32,000 bases of DNA from Dickeya solani IPO 2222 (GTDB lineage: Bacteria > Pseudomonadota > Gammaproteobacteria > Enterobacterales > Enterobacteriaceae): the NCBI RefSeq assembly GCF_001644705.1, contig NZ_CP015137.1, positions 810,001 through 842,000 on the forward strand, read 5' to 3'. This document shows positions 11,225-22,215 of the stretch, piece after piece (position 1 is the first letter of the stretch; every line of letters starts with the position of its first letter). The notes below the pieces were generated by a model, which was given only the letters and a program-made list of their open reading frames with translations, had not been told where the DNA came from and ran no database searches. The position numbers were made by a program, and so were the translations under genes.

Positions 11225-12784
11225 TTACTGATGGGTGTTCAAGTCATGATAGATCTGAGTCTGACTGCGTCCCAATGCCTTCGCCTGATACATCGCCGCG
11301 TCGGCATTGATAGCCAGCGTCAGCGAATCCGTACCGTGCTCCGGATACAGCGCAATCCCGATGCTGCATGAGATATCCAGCTTCTTGCCCTCAATATAGA
11401 AAGGTTCATTGAGGGCATGGTGGATCTTGTCCGCGACATACAATGTGTTCTCGACCTCTTTGATCCCCTGCAGCAAGATGATGAATTCATCGCCGCTGCG
11501 GCGATACACCGTGTCTGTTTCACGCACTGCGCCTCGCATACGCGCCGCGGCTTCCTTCAACAGCAAATCCCCGGTCGCATGGCCGAAGGTATCGTTAATC
11601 TGCTTGAACTTATCCAAATCGAGGAACATTAACGCGATCTTGCGGTGAGTCTGACGAGACAGCTGGATCGCCTGCTCCATTTGCTCGGCAAAAGTCAGCC
11701 CATTGGCCAGCGACGTCAGGGAGTCATAATGCGCCAGTTGGCGATAGTGCTCTTCACTACGACGCAGCATATCAATCGCCCGGTAGCGTTCAATCGCCAC
11801 CGCCACCAGCTGTGCTGATTTCTCAATGGAGGCGATTTCGTCTTCTGTCGGAGAATAAACCTTACGGTGATAAACGCTCAGCACCCCAAGGATTTCCTTG
11901 TTTTGCCCAAAAATGGGTTCAGACCAGCAGGAGCGCAAGCCGGCATACAACGCCAGGCCCTTATACAGCGCCCAATGGGGATGGGTGGAAATGTCTTCCG
12001 CAATCACGCGCTTACCGGAGTAGGCGGCCGAACCAAACGAGGCGGCGCCATCGGCAATCTTCACATTATGGATAGCGTTCTTGTAAAAACCGGGCAGACT
12101 GGGAGCCGAGCCAAGAGCCAGGCACTTCTTCTCCTTGTCGACCAGCAGAACGGAGCAGACAATTCTTCCGGGGTTTTTCTCCTCGACGCTGAAGATGATC
12201 GCATCCAGAATATCCTTCAGCGGCGCACCGCTTGACAGCAGTTCCAGCGCGCGGTTGTAGGAGTTGTCATGGTGTTCCTGAGTCTTACGCTCAGTGATAT
12301 CCATTTTTATGCTGACATACTGAACCGCATCGCTGGCTTTATTATATATTTTGACGATGCTGGCTTTTTCCCAATATAACTGTCCGTTTTTCTTACGGTT
12401 AATAAACTCTCCGTTCCAAATCTCACCTTTATTCAGTGTGGACCACAGTTCCTCATACACGCTGGCGTTGGTCATGCCGGAACTTAATATATTCGTCTTG
12501 CGTCCGATCACTTCTTCTGCTTCATAACCCGACATCACGGTGAACTGCCGGTTCACGTACACGATTTCGCAGCTTTCATTAGCGATCATAATGGATGAGG
12601 GGCTGTATTCGGCGGCAAAGAACACCATGTTCAGGAAGTCCTGCTTTTTTTGTTCCGCGTTAGCTTTTTCCTGGAATTTGCGGCTCCTTGCAGAAGAAAT
12701 CCCTAAGAGTACTATTAATAGGGTTATTATAATTTCATACACAATAACACTCTCCTCAGGCCCGGAACGGTCCTGATCGAACAA
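11225..12784 (-). CDS. Membrane-anchored PAS-GAF-GGDEF diguanylate cyclase with an SGDEF active-site variant and an RxxD I-site
   Basis: The domain order is N-terminal TM helix, PAS (SIMIANESCEIVYVNRQFTVMSGY...GEFINRKKNGQLYW), GAF (...VLLVDKEKKCLALG...GVLSVYH), then GGDEF. The GGDEF domain carries LTSLANG...DLDKFKQINDTFGHATGD..., RETD at 11513-11524 and SGDEF at 11483-11497. The track start is TTG 12784. A GTG at 12742 preceded by GAGGAG (9-nt spacer) is an alternative start. Confidence 0.88.
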   Translation of the reverse strand: MFDQDRSGPEESVIVYEIIITLLIVLLGISSARSRKFQEKANAEQKKQDFLNMVFFAAEYSPSSIMIANESCEIVYVNRQFTVMSGYEAEEVIGRKTNILSSGMTNASVYEELWSTLNKGEIWNGEFINRKKNGQLYWEKASIVKIYNKASDAVQYVSIKMDITERKTQEHHDNSYNRALELLSSGAPLKDILDAIIFSVEEKNPGRIVCSVLLVDKEKKCLALGSAPSLPGFYKNAIHNVKIADGAASFGSAAYSGKRVIAEDISTHPHWALYKGLALYAGLRSCWSEPIFGQNKEILGVLSVYHRKVYSPTEDEIASIEKSAQLVAVAIERYRAIDMLRRSEEHYRQLAHYDSLTSLANGLTFAEQMEQAIQLSRQTHRKIALMFLDLDKFKQINDTFGHATGDLLLKEAAARMRGAVRETDTVYRRSGDEFIILLQGIKEVENTLYVADKIHHALNEPFYIEGKKLDISCSIGIALYPEHGTDSLTLAINADAAMYQAKALGRSQTQIYHDLNTHQ

Positions 12785-13516
12785 ATCGCATCACTGAAGA
12801 CGAAAAATCCCGGTAGTAACTCCCCTTGTATGGATTTTTAGGGTTGGCACATTTCCGGAGAGTAGAAAGGATGAATGAAAAAACTATCCAGCTCTGCAGG
12901 ACAGGTTCATAGCCATAAAAACGACAGCATAAAGCCTCCATTATATCGCTGTGTGCAGACCTAAATAATAGAATCAAGAGAATTAGCTTAATCAGTTATA
13001 TTAATGATAGTTATAGACATAAGCCTGGCTAATATTTTGATACAGCTCTTTACAGATTTCGTAGCGCAGTATTTTGACTATCAATTTTTCGTAAGCAAAT
13101 CAATTATACCGATAAGTCCCACCATTTTAATCAAAAATAACTATCATCAGTCGCTTTTTGATCGTTGGTAGCAAACATGTATTTTTTTGTCTTTATAAAT
13201 CAAATAATTGAAACAATAAAATCAATCAGTTCTTTCTCTTATGATTGGTGTTTTTTTCGACTACCGTCACAGTTTACTTGTTCAACAAACAGAACCTCGG
13301 CCACATAAAACACTATATTTATATAAAAAACAAGGCACAAAAAATGAAAAGTCCATGAATAGCAATCTAATCATTTATTTTATACTGTATATTGATGGAG
13401 TATGAATTTTCTTTTACCCTCAACGTTCTGATGAGAACGACTGCAGGTTTCCAGGGAGTCTGAATGCATGGTATGCCCGGATAAAGGCAACAGAGCGGAC
13501 ATAAATGAAGGGATGA

Positions 13517-14308
13517 TTACAACTCGGAACGAAGATCTTCGAGATTTTCAAACGGTTGAGGTCGGGACAAGAAATACCCCTGGGCTGCCGAGGCATTAGA
13601 TTGTCTGACGATTTCCCACTCTTCTTCAGTTTCAACCCCTTCAATGACGACATCATTACAGTAAGTGGCAATCAGAGTGACCAGTGACGGAAACAGCTGC
13701 CGTCCCTCTTCGCTCTTGAGTAACATAATGAAAAGTTCGCGGGCGATCTTGATGCAGTCGTATCTTGCCGGCGACAGCGAGGAGAAATTCGCCGCGCCGC
13801 AGCCAAAATCATCCAACCAGAGCTGCCCTGCTTCAGGTAGTGTCGCCAGCGTGTCGTGAGGCAGAACAGCCAGGCTTTCAACCAGTTCAAAACGTAACCA
13901 AGGCATGGTCGCCAGCAGTTTTTTGGCTTTGCGGTTTTCCTGCAGCGCCAACAGCGTCAACCCATCAATATTGACGGATGCGCGCAGTCCATCCTGAACA
14001 AAACGCTCATGCCACTGGCTCAGTAACTGCAATTGTTCAATAACGATATTTAAGCGTTCTTCGACATTGAGGCGGGCAAAGTAGTGTTCAGGAGATAAAA
14101 GCTTGTGCGGCATGGACGGGTGAAAAACGGCTGTTAGCAATTCAATTCCCATTAGACGACCGGAAGTACGGTAAATGGGTTGGAATCTGTACCACCTGTG
14201 GCAGCTGCGCCAGTAATCAGCATCTGCAAACTGTGCCTCCCCGGTGATGGAAGCTTCAGAGCCGGGCTGATTAAAGTGACTATTTTGCTGCACTATATGT
14301 TCCGCCAT
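13517..14308 (-). CDS. pdeH: Stand-alone EAL-domain c-di-GMP phosphodiesterase, YhjH/PdeH type (ELL motif)
   Basis: 263 aa, collinear with E. coli PdeH/YhjH as I recall it: QPIYRTSGRLMGIELLTAV, ASVNIDG, LRFELVE, LWLDDFG, YDCIKIARELF, VIEGVETEEEW, AQGYFLSRP. All catalytic and metal-binding signature residues are present. The symbol is assigned by similarity, so orthology is not proven. Confidence 0.85.
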   Translation of the reverse strand: MAEHIVQQNSHFNQPGSEASITGEAQFADADYWRSCHRWYRFQPIYRTSGRLMGIELLTAVFHPSMPHKLLSPEHYFARLNVEERLNIVIEQLQLLSQWHERFVQDGLRASVNIDGLTLLALQENRKAKKLLATMPWLRFELVESLAVLPHDTLATLPEAGQLWLDDFGCGAANFSSLSPARYDCIKIARELFIMLLKSEEGRQLFPSLVTLIATYCNDVVIEGVETEEEWEIVRQSNASAAQGYFLSRPQPFENLEDLRSEL

Positions 14309-14355
14309 TGAAGGATATGCTTACGAATAAAAGTATACCACATGCATACATGAGT

Positions 14356-14382
14356 TTATCGGCCTTGCCCTGACAATCTTTA
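14356..14382 (-). promoter_or_regulatory. Sigma-28 (FliA) class-3 flagellar promoter for the pdeH-like gene
   Basis: The reverse strand reads TAAAGATT-N11-GCCGATAA, against the consensus TAAAGTTT-N11-GCCGATAA. The -10 is perfect, the -35 matches 7 of 8 positions, and the spacer is exact. The -10 lies about 48 bp upstream of the ATG at 14308. Confidence 0.8.
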
Positions 14383-14560
14383 TCCAAGTTAACTGTAATG
14401 CGAGTTACAGTACAAAGCGAATATGACGGACACATTGCATGGGAATTTTTGTTTTTTTATATCAAAAAGCTATGAAAAATTATGCATTACAATCGCATAA
14501 TAGTGATTAATGTCTTCGTCGTATAGTCTCTCAATCAAGCGAATAGGCTGTTTTTTTTAG

Positions 14561-14917
<357 letters not shown>

Positions 14918-14961
14918 TTGCCACTCAATTGTAATATCAGCCAGCCCGGTGCCGCTCAATT

Positions 14962-15342
14962 CTAATTTTCAATAATCACGGTCGCACAGGCATAGTGGCG
15001 CTCATCCGCCAGCGAAACATGCACCTGCCGGACACCCATTGTCTCGGCCAGTTCGGCAGCGCGCGCCAGAAACCGTAAGCACGGTTTGCCCAGAGAATCA
15101 TTCGCCACTTCGAACTGTGCAAAGGCCAGACCATCGCGAATACCGGTGCCAAACGCCTTGGCAGCGGCCTCTTTAACCGCAAAGCGCTTGGCCAGAAACC
15201 GAATCGGCTGCGAATGAGCCTGATACTGCAACCATTCCTGCTCGCTGAGCACCCGCCGGGCGAGACGATCACCGGAACGACCGGTGATCGCTTCAATACG
15301 GGCGATTTCGACAATGTCCGTGCCGAGTCCCAGAATCGCCAT
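14962..15342 (-). CDS. acpS: Holo-[acyl-carrier-protein] synthase
   Basis: 126 aa, [17 protein letters not shown]...[15 protein letters not shown], collinear with E. coli AcpS. Its start overlaps the pdxJ stop. Confidence 0.95.
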   Translation of the reverse strand: MAILGLGTDIVEIARIEAITGRSGDRLARRVLSEQEWLQYQAHSQPIRFLAKRFAVKEAAAKAFGTGIRDGLAFAQFEVANDSLGKPCLRFLARAAELAETMGVRQVHVSLADERHYACATVIIEN

Positions 15343-16073
15343 CAGCGACGGGCTTCTCGCATCAGGGTTTTCATCTCCGCCACCGCCGCCGCCAGACCGT
15401 TCATCACCGCACGTCCGATAATGGCGTGACCAATGTTCAGTTCGTGCATTTCCGGCAGCGCCGCAATCGGCTGGACGTTATGATAGGTCAGACCATGACC
15501 GGCGTTAACCTTGATACCCCGACTCGCAGCGTAGGCCGCCGCGTCACGGATACGCTCAAACTCCTGCAGCCGGGCAGCATCGCTTTCCGCATCGGCATAA
15601 GCGCCGGTATGGATTTCAATATAAGGCGCTCCGCTGGCTACCGCGGCGTCTATCTGGGCGTGGTCGGCATCGATAAACAACGACACCTGAATACCAGCCT
15701 GGCGCAATTGCGTCACCGCAGCGGTCATGCGATCGAGCTGGCCGGCCACATCGAGTCCGCCTTCCGTCGTCACTTCCTGCCGTTTTTCCGGCACCAGGCA
15801 ACAAAAATGCGGTTTCAGCTCGCAGGCTATCGCCAGCATTTCATCCGTTACCGCCATTTCCAGATTCATACGGGTCTGGATGGTCTGGCGCAACAGGCGC
15901 ACATCGCGATCGGTAATATGGCGTCGATCTTCACGCAGGTGTACGGTGATACCGTCCGCTCCCGCCTGTTCCGCCACAAATGCCGCTTGTACCGGATCGG
16001 GATACGCCGTGCCACGAGCATTACGCAGGGTGGCGATATGGTCAATATTTACGCCCAACAACAACTCAGCCAT
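15342..16073 (-). CDS. pdxJ: Pyridoxine 5'-phosphate synthase
   Basis: 243 aa from [21 protein letters not shown] (start 16073), matching E. coli PdxJ in length and sequence. The track ORF start at 16124 is an upstream over-extension. Confidence 0.95.
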   Translation of the reverse strand: MAELLLGVNIDHIATLRNARGTAYPDPVQAAFVAEQAGADGITVHLREDRRHITDRDVRLLRQTIQTRMNLEMAVTDEMLAIACELKPHFCCLVPEKRQEVTTEGGLDVAGQLDRMTAAVTQLRQAGIQVSLFIDADHAQIDAAVASGAPYIEIHTGAYADAESDAARLQEFERIRDAAAYAASRGIKVNAGHGLTYHNVQPIAALPEMHELNIGHAIIGRAVMNGLAAAVAEMKTLMREARR

Positions 16074-16144
16074 GATCCATCCTTCAACAATAAATGACCG
16101 CCGCAGTGTACACCCCGGCTGCACATGACGATACCGTGCCGGTA

Positions 16145-16879
16145 CTAGATCTTGCCGTCCGGCGACGCCTTATAGGGTTTTGGTATAAACTGTCGAAATA
16201 ATTCCCGGCTTTTCAGTGGTTTGCCGCCAAGATAGGGTTTCAACGCCATGCGGGTAAAACGCTTGGCGGCACGCAGGGTATCAATGTCGGGAAACTCCCT
16301 TGACGCCAGCGCCTGTAGCTCGCGCCCGGTGAAACTGACGTTATCCACCACCAGGCTGGCAATAAAGCCTTTTTCCGCCCGATAACGGTAGGTCATGGTA
16401 TCGGCAACCGGTTCGCCGCTGCCGGCACAGTGCAAGAAATCCACGCCATAACCAAGATGCTGCAACAACGCCAATTCGAAGCGGCGCAAGGCCGGCTCAG
16501 GCGAGCCGCTGGTGGCAGCCAACTGCTGCAGACAATGGAGATAATCGAAAAACAGGGCGGAATAATCGGTCTCCAGTTCCAATACCCGCGTCAGCAACTC
16601 GTTCACATACAAGCCACTGTATAACAACGGACCGCTCAGCGGTAACGCCAGAGAAACCGGCTCAGCATTGCGCAGGGTTTTGACTTCACCGCGCCCACCC
16701 CACCGCACCAGCAGCGGCGTAAAAGGCTGGAGAGCGCCCTTGAGACTGGAACGCCGCGCCCGAGCACCTTTCGCCAGCACCCGCACGCGACCTTCATTTT
16801 CAGAAAACAGATCCAGCAACAGGCTGGTTTCACTGTAAGGCCGCCCATGCAAGACAAACGCGCGCTGCCAGCCTTCCAT
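16145..16879 (-). CDS. recO: DNA repair protein RecO
   Basis: 244 aa, [25 protein letters not shown]..., in the conserved rnc-era-recO-pdxJ-acpS context. Confidence 0.95.
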   Translation of the reverse strand: MEGWQRAFVLHGRPYSETSLLLDLFSENEGRVRVLAKGARARRSSLKGALQPFTPLLVRWGGRGEVKTLRNAEPVSLALPLSGPLLYSGLYVNELLTRVLELETDYSALFFDYLHCLQQLAATSGSPEPALRRFELALLQHLGYGVDFLHCAGSGEPVADTMTYRYRAEKGFIASLVVDNVSFTGRELQALASREFPDIDTLRAAKRFTRMALKPYLGGKPLKSRELFRQFIPKPYKASPDGKI

Positions 16880-16890
16880 CGGCGAACACC

Positions 16891-18476
<1,586 letters not shown>

Positions 18477-18559
18477 TTACCAATAGATCTATAATGCCTT
18501 TTTAAACAACTGCATACGGAACAGCCCTGTCTTGCCACTAAAAAGTCAAAACTGTTTCG

Positions 18560-18586
18560 TTTGCAGTGGCTCCCGCCCGGGAGCCA
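18560..18586 (-). terminator. GC-rich stem-loop between lepB and rnc (lepB terminator or rnc leader structure)
   Basis: TGGCTCCC-gccc-GGGAGCCA forms an 8-bp stem at 18567-18586. On the minus strand it is followed by a partly U-rich tract. Confidence 0.5.
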
Positions 18587-18653
18587 GCATTTATTATTCG
18601 GAAATATTCTACAACGGAAGTCGCAAATATGCTGCGAGTTTATTTACATTCAA

Positions 18654-19622
18654 TTAATGAATTCCACCAATACGGCTTAAACGCACACCGGTAGGCCATT
18701 CACCTTCTTGTTTTTCAAAACTCATCCAGATAGCTGTCGCCTTACCCACCAGATTCCGCTCCGGCACAAATCCCCAATAACGGCTGTCCGCGCTATTATC
18801 GCGATTATCGCCCATCATGAAGTAGTGGCCGGCTGGCACCACCCAGGACCCCAGCGACTGACGCATCTGCTGGTAATAAAGCCCCAGTTGATCCTGAGCG
18901 CCCGGCACGGTGAGGATATTGTGGGTGACTTCCCCCAACGTTTCCTTGCGAACAGCCATACGGATGCCTTCACTCTTCTGACCAACCGGAATCTGGTAGA
19001 AACCGCTGGTCATCTCGCGCCCGGCTCCGCTGAATGTCTGTACGAAATCACTGGGCTCCACATTGCTGTAGGTCACCGGCAAAGCGCTGCCGCAGCTCGG
19101 CTTGTCGCCGCACCCCGGCTGAATAGTGACCTGCTTGGCAATCGGGTCGTAACTGACGCGGTCTCCCGGCAGACCGACAACACGCTTGATGTAATCCAGA
19201 CGCGGATTTTCAGGGTATTTGAATACCGCGATATCGCCACGTTTCGGGTGCCCGGTTTCAATCAAGGTTGTCTGGGTGATCGGATCCTTGATGCCGTAAG
19301 CAAATTTTTCGACCAGAATGAAATCCCCGATCAACAGCGTCGGCATCATCGAACCGGAAGGGATCTGAAACGGTTCGAAAATGAATGAGCGCACGACAAA
19401 CACCAGCGCCAGCACAGGGAAAACCGATGCAAATGTTTCGATCCAACCCGGCTGCTTGATACTGTGTGCCAGCGTTTTCTCGTCGACAGCCCCATTAACC
19501 GGCTGGCTCAGCGCGGAAATCTTGGCGCGCCGCGCCGGCGCCCATTTGAACCGCTCCAGACACCAGACAATGCCGGTCACCAGCGTTGCCAATGCCAAAA
19601 TCAGGGCAAACATATTGGCCAT
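18654..19622 (-). CDS. lepB: Signal peptidase I
   Basis: 322 aa with two N-terminal TM segments, the catalytic SGSMMPTL box and GDNRDNSADSRYWGFV. Confidence 0.97.
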   Translation of the reverse strand: MANMFALILALATLVTGIVWCLERFKWAPARRAKISALSQPVNGAVDEKTLAHSIKQPGWIETFASVFPVLALVFVVRSFIFEPFQIPSGSMMPTLLIGDFILVEKFAYGIKDPITQTTLIETGHPKRGDIAVFKYPENPRLDYIKRVVGLPGDRVSYDPIAKQVTIQPGCGDKPSCGSALPVTYSNVEPSDFVQTFSGAGREMTSGFYQIPVGQKSEGIRMAVRKETLGEVTHNILTVPGAQDQLGLYYQQMRQSLGSWVVPAGHYFMMGDNRDNSADSRYWGFVPERNLVGKATAIWMSFEKQEGEWPTGVRLSRIGGIH

Positions 19623-19638
19623 GCCAACTCCTCAGGAT

Positions 19639-21438
19639 TTATTTGCTTTCTTTTCCAACATGCAGAATGGCCAAAAACGCTTCCTGCGGCAGTTCGACGT
19701 TCCCTACCTGCTTCATGCGTTTCTTCCCGTCCTTCTGCTTCTGCAACAGTTTCTTCTTACGGCTGACGTCACCGCCGTAACACTTCGCCAGAACGTTCTT
19801 GCGCAGCTGTTTCACGGTGGCGCGGGCAATAATATGGTTGCCGATAGCAGCCTGAATCGCAATGTCAAACTGCTGACGCGGGATCAGGTCTTTCATTTTT
19901 TCCACCAGCTCACGGCCGCGATACATCGAGTTATCACGGTGAGTGATCAACGCCAGCGCGTCCACACGTTCGCTGTTGATCAGTACGTCCACACGCACCA
20001 TGTCCGATGCCTGGAAGCGCTTAAAGCCGTAATCCAGCGATGCATAGCCACGGGAAGTGGACTTGAGACGGTCGAAGAAGTCGAGCACCACTTCCGCCAT
20101 CGGGATTTCATAAGTCAGCGCCACCTGATTGCCGTGATAGACCATATTGGTCTGCACGCCGCGTTTTTCAATACACAGAGTGATCACGTTGCCCAGATAC
20201 TCCTGCGGCAACAGCATGTGGCACTCGGCGATCGGCTCGCGCAGTTCTTCAATATTATTGACCGGCGGCAGTTTGGATGGGCTATCGACATAGATCACCT
20301 CGTTGCCGGTGGTTTTCACCTCGTACACCACCGTCGGCGCGGTCGTGATCAGGTCGAGATCGTACTCACGCTCCAGACGCTCCTGAATGATCTCCATGTG
20401 CAGCAGACCAAGGAAACCGCAGCGGAAACCGAAGCCCAGCGCCGTGGAGCTTTCCGGTTCGTAAAACAGCGACGCATCGTTCAGGCTGAGTTTACCCAGC
20501 GCATCGCGGAAAGCTTCATAGTCGTCGGAGCTGATCGGGAACAGACCGGCGTACACCTGCGGTTTGACCTTTTTAAAGCCCGGCAGCGGCTTTTCAGCCG
20601 GTTTACGCGCCAGCGTCAGGGTATCGCCCACCGGGGCGCCCAGAATATCTTTGATGGCGCATACCAGCCAGCCCACTTCGCCGCACTGCAGCGCGTCGCG
20701 ATCCACCTGCTTGGGCGTAAAAATCCCGAGACGTTCGGCGTTGTACACCTGACCGGTGCTCATCACCTTAACTTTATCGCCTTTGCGCAGCGTACCGTTC
20801 TTGATACGGATCAGTGACACCACGCCCAGATAGTTGTCGAACCAAGAGTCGATGATCAGCGCCTGCAACGGAGCGTCGGCATCGCCTTCCGGCGACGGAA
20901 TATCACGCACCAGACGCTCCAGCACATCCGGTACGCCTACGCCGGTCTTGGCGGAACAGCGCACCGCGTCGGTGGCGTCGATACCCACGATATCTTCGAT
21001 TTCCTGGCTGACGCGATCCGGATCCGCGGCCGGCAGGTCAATCTTGTTCAGCACCGGCACCACTTCCAGATCCATTTCGAGCGCGGTGTAGCAGTTAGCC
21101 AGTGTCTGCGCTTCAACCCCCTGACCGGCGTCCACCACCAGCAACGCCCCTTCGCAGGCAGCCAGCGAGCGGGAAACCTCATAGGAAAAGTCAACGTGAC
21201 CTGGGGTATCGATAAAGTTCAGTTGATAGGTCTCGCCGTCAGAGGCTTTGTAATCCAGCGTCACACTCTGAGCCTTGATGGTAATACCGCGTTCGCGCTC
21301 CAGATCCATGGAGTCCAGCACTTGCGCCTCCATTTCACGTTCGGACAAGCCACCACAAATTTGAATGATGCGGTCAGAGAGCGTCGACTTACCGTGGTCG
21401 ATGTGAGCAATAATGGAGAAATTTCGTATACGCTTCAT
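19639..21438 (-). CDS. lepA: Translation elongation factor 4 (LepA)
   Basis: 599 aa, [23 protein letters not shown]...DTPGHVDF...NKID, collinear with E. coli LepA. Confidence 0.98.
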   Translation of the reverse strand: MKRIRNFSIIAHIDHGKSTLSDRIIQICGGLSEREMEAQVLDSMDLERERGITIKAQSVTLDYKASDGETYQLNFIDTPGHVDFSYEVSRSLAACEGALLVVDAGQGVEAQTLANCYTALEMDLEVVPVLNKIDLPAADPDRVSQEIEDIVGIDATDAVRCSAKTGVGVPDVLERLVRDIPSPEGDADAPLQALIIDSWFDNYLGVVSLIRIKNGTLRKGDKVKVMSTGQVYNAERLGIFTPKQVDRDALQCGEVGWLVCAIKDILGAPVGDTLTLARKPAEKPLPGFKKVKPQVYAGLFPISSDDYEAFRDALGKLSLNDASLFYEPESSTALGFGFRCGFLGLLHMEIIQERLEREYDLDLITTAPTVVYEVKTTGNEVIYVDSPSKLPPVNNIEELREPIAECHMLLPQEYLGNVITLCIEKRGVQTNMVYHGNQVALTYEIPMAEVVLDFFDRLKSTSRGYASLDYGFKRFQASDMVRVDVLINSERVDALALITHRDNSMYRGRELVEKMKDLIPRQQFDIAIQAAIGNHIIARATVKQLRKNVLAKCYGGDVSRKKKLLQKQKDGKKRMKQVGNVELPQEAFLAILHVGKESK

Positions 21439-21699
21439 TATAAAAGTTTTTCTACCTTGGTATTTCTGAAATTCTTGCCGAACGGCACGCGCAATGTGAT
21501 GACAGCCATAGCCACTGTCATATACCTGAATCGCAGCATTCTACATGCCAGACGGTGGAAAACCTAGTCATGGCGCACCGAATCAATTCCTTGATTATGG
21601 CAAGGTTGCAGATGAGAAGATGAAAGCAGAGGTAAAAAGTCATTAAAAGCAAAAAATCGGGAGGGGGAGAGGCCGACCAGCCGGCAAGCCGCCTGCGTT

Positions 21700-22170
21700 T
21701 CAGCGCCCCGGAGTTACATCGGTACGTAACAGATTTTCGGGCAAAGAAACCTGCAGAATCACCGGCTGATAACGCTGGTTATTGCCGATTTTCGCCGATA
21801 ACCGCTTTACAGCAGCGAAACTGACCGCCACGCCGGCAAATGCTCCCGCCACCGTCGCCGGTTCGCTGCCCAGCCAGTATTGCATTAAGGCAGCGCCCAG
21901 CATCAGCCCCAGCAATGGCAACAAATAGACCAGCATCGCCGAACGCAGCAGGCTTGACTCCGCCAGGCCGATTTCCACCCGTTGGCCGGGAAGCAGCGGC
22001 TGTGAATACGGGACGGTCAATCGATGCATTGCCGCACCGCCAATCTGGTTCAGCACGCCGGTGCCACAGGACGAGCGAGACTGACAGCTCTGGCAGCCGG
22101 AACGCTGTTCACACAGCAACACAGCGGTGCCAGCCTGCCATGAAACCACCGTCGCCCACTCTTTGATCAT
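21700..22170 (-). CDS. rseC: SoxR-reducing / sigma-E regulatory protein RseC
   Basis: 156 aa, MIKEWATVVSWQ..., with a Cys cluster (CxxC) and two TM helices, like E. coli RseC. Confidence 0.93.
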   Translation of the reverse strand: MIKEWATVVSWQAGTAVLLCEQRSGCQSCQSRSSCGTGVLNQIGGAAMHRLTVPYSQPLLPGQRVEIGLAESSLLRSAMLVYLLPLLGLMLGAALMQYWLGSEPATVAGAFAGVAVSFAAVKRLSAKIGNNQRYQPVILQVSLPENLLRTDVTPGR

Positions 22171-22215
22171 GGTTGCACCTTGATCAATAGTTGCACCTTG
22201 ATCATGGTTGCGCCT
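22164..22215. repeat. Three tandem copies (17/18/17 bp) of the rseB-stop/rseC-start junction
   Basis: The + strand reads TGATCATGGTTGCACCT | TGATCAATAGTTGCACCT | TGATCATGGTTGCGCCT. The rightmost copy contains the last rseB codons and its TGA. The leftmost copy contains the rseC ATG. Confidence 0.9.

Noticed and set aside
12871-12912. 13-codon ORF (MNEKTIQLCRTGS) preceded by AGAAAGG
   Set aside because: The purine-rich stretch abuts the ATG directly with no spacer. The ORF is on the strand opposite the cyclase leader, and there is nothing to suggest conservation.
13345-13410. Short hydrophobic ORF (MNSNLIIYFILYIDGV) as a possible type I toxin, by analogy with shoB, which E. coli carries near yfhL
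   Set aside because: It has no ribosome-binding site, no flanking antisense RNA signals and no terminator. It is very short and lies in AT-rich DNA, where such ORFs arise by chance.
13424-13470. CTGATGAG sequence inside a small hairpin (CGTTCTGATGAGAACG), reminiscent of the hammerhead ribozyme core
   Set aside because: The other conserved core element (a CGAAA-type junction after a proper stem II) and a cleavage-site helix cannot be found. It is more likely a chance match within the 3' region of the EAL gene.
14392-14411. LexA (SOS) box
   Set aside because: CTGT and ACAG are separated by 10 nt, not the 8 nt required by the enterobacterial consensus TACTGTATATATATACAGTA.
15426-16097. 223-aa + strand ORF, and similar ones at 17260..17904, 17901..18404, 18708..19388 and 23203..23793
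   Set aside because: All are antisense to well-supported genes (pdxJ, era, rnc, lepB, rseA) and none has independent coding evidence.
19381-20817. 478-aa + strand ORF
   Set aside because: It is the antisense shadow of lepA. It has no motifs and a skewed composition. The minus-strand frame is a near-perfect EF4.
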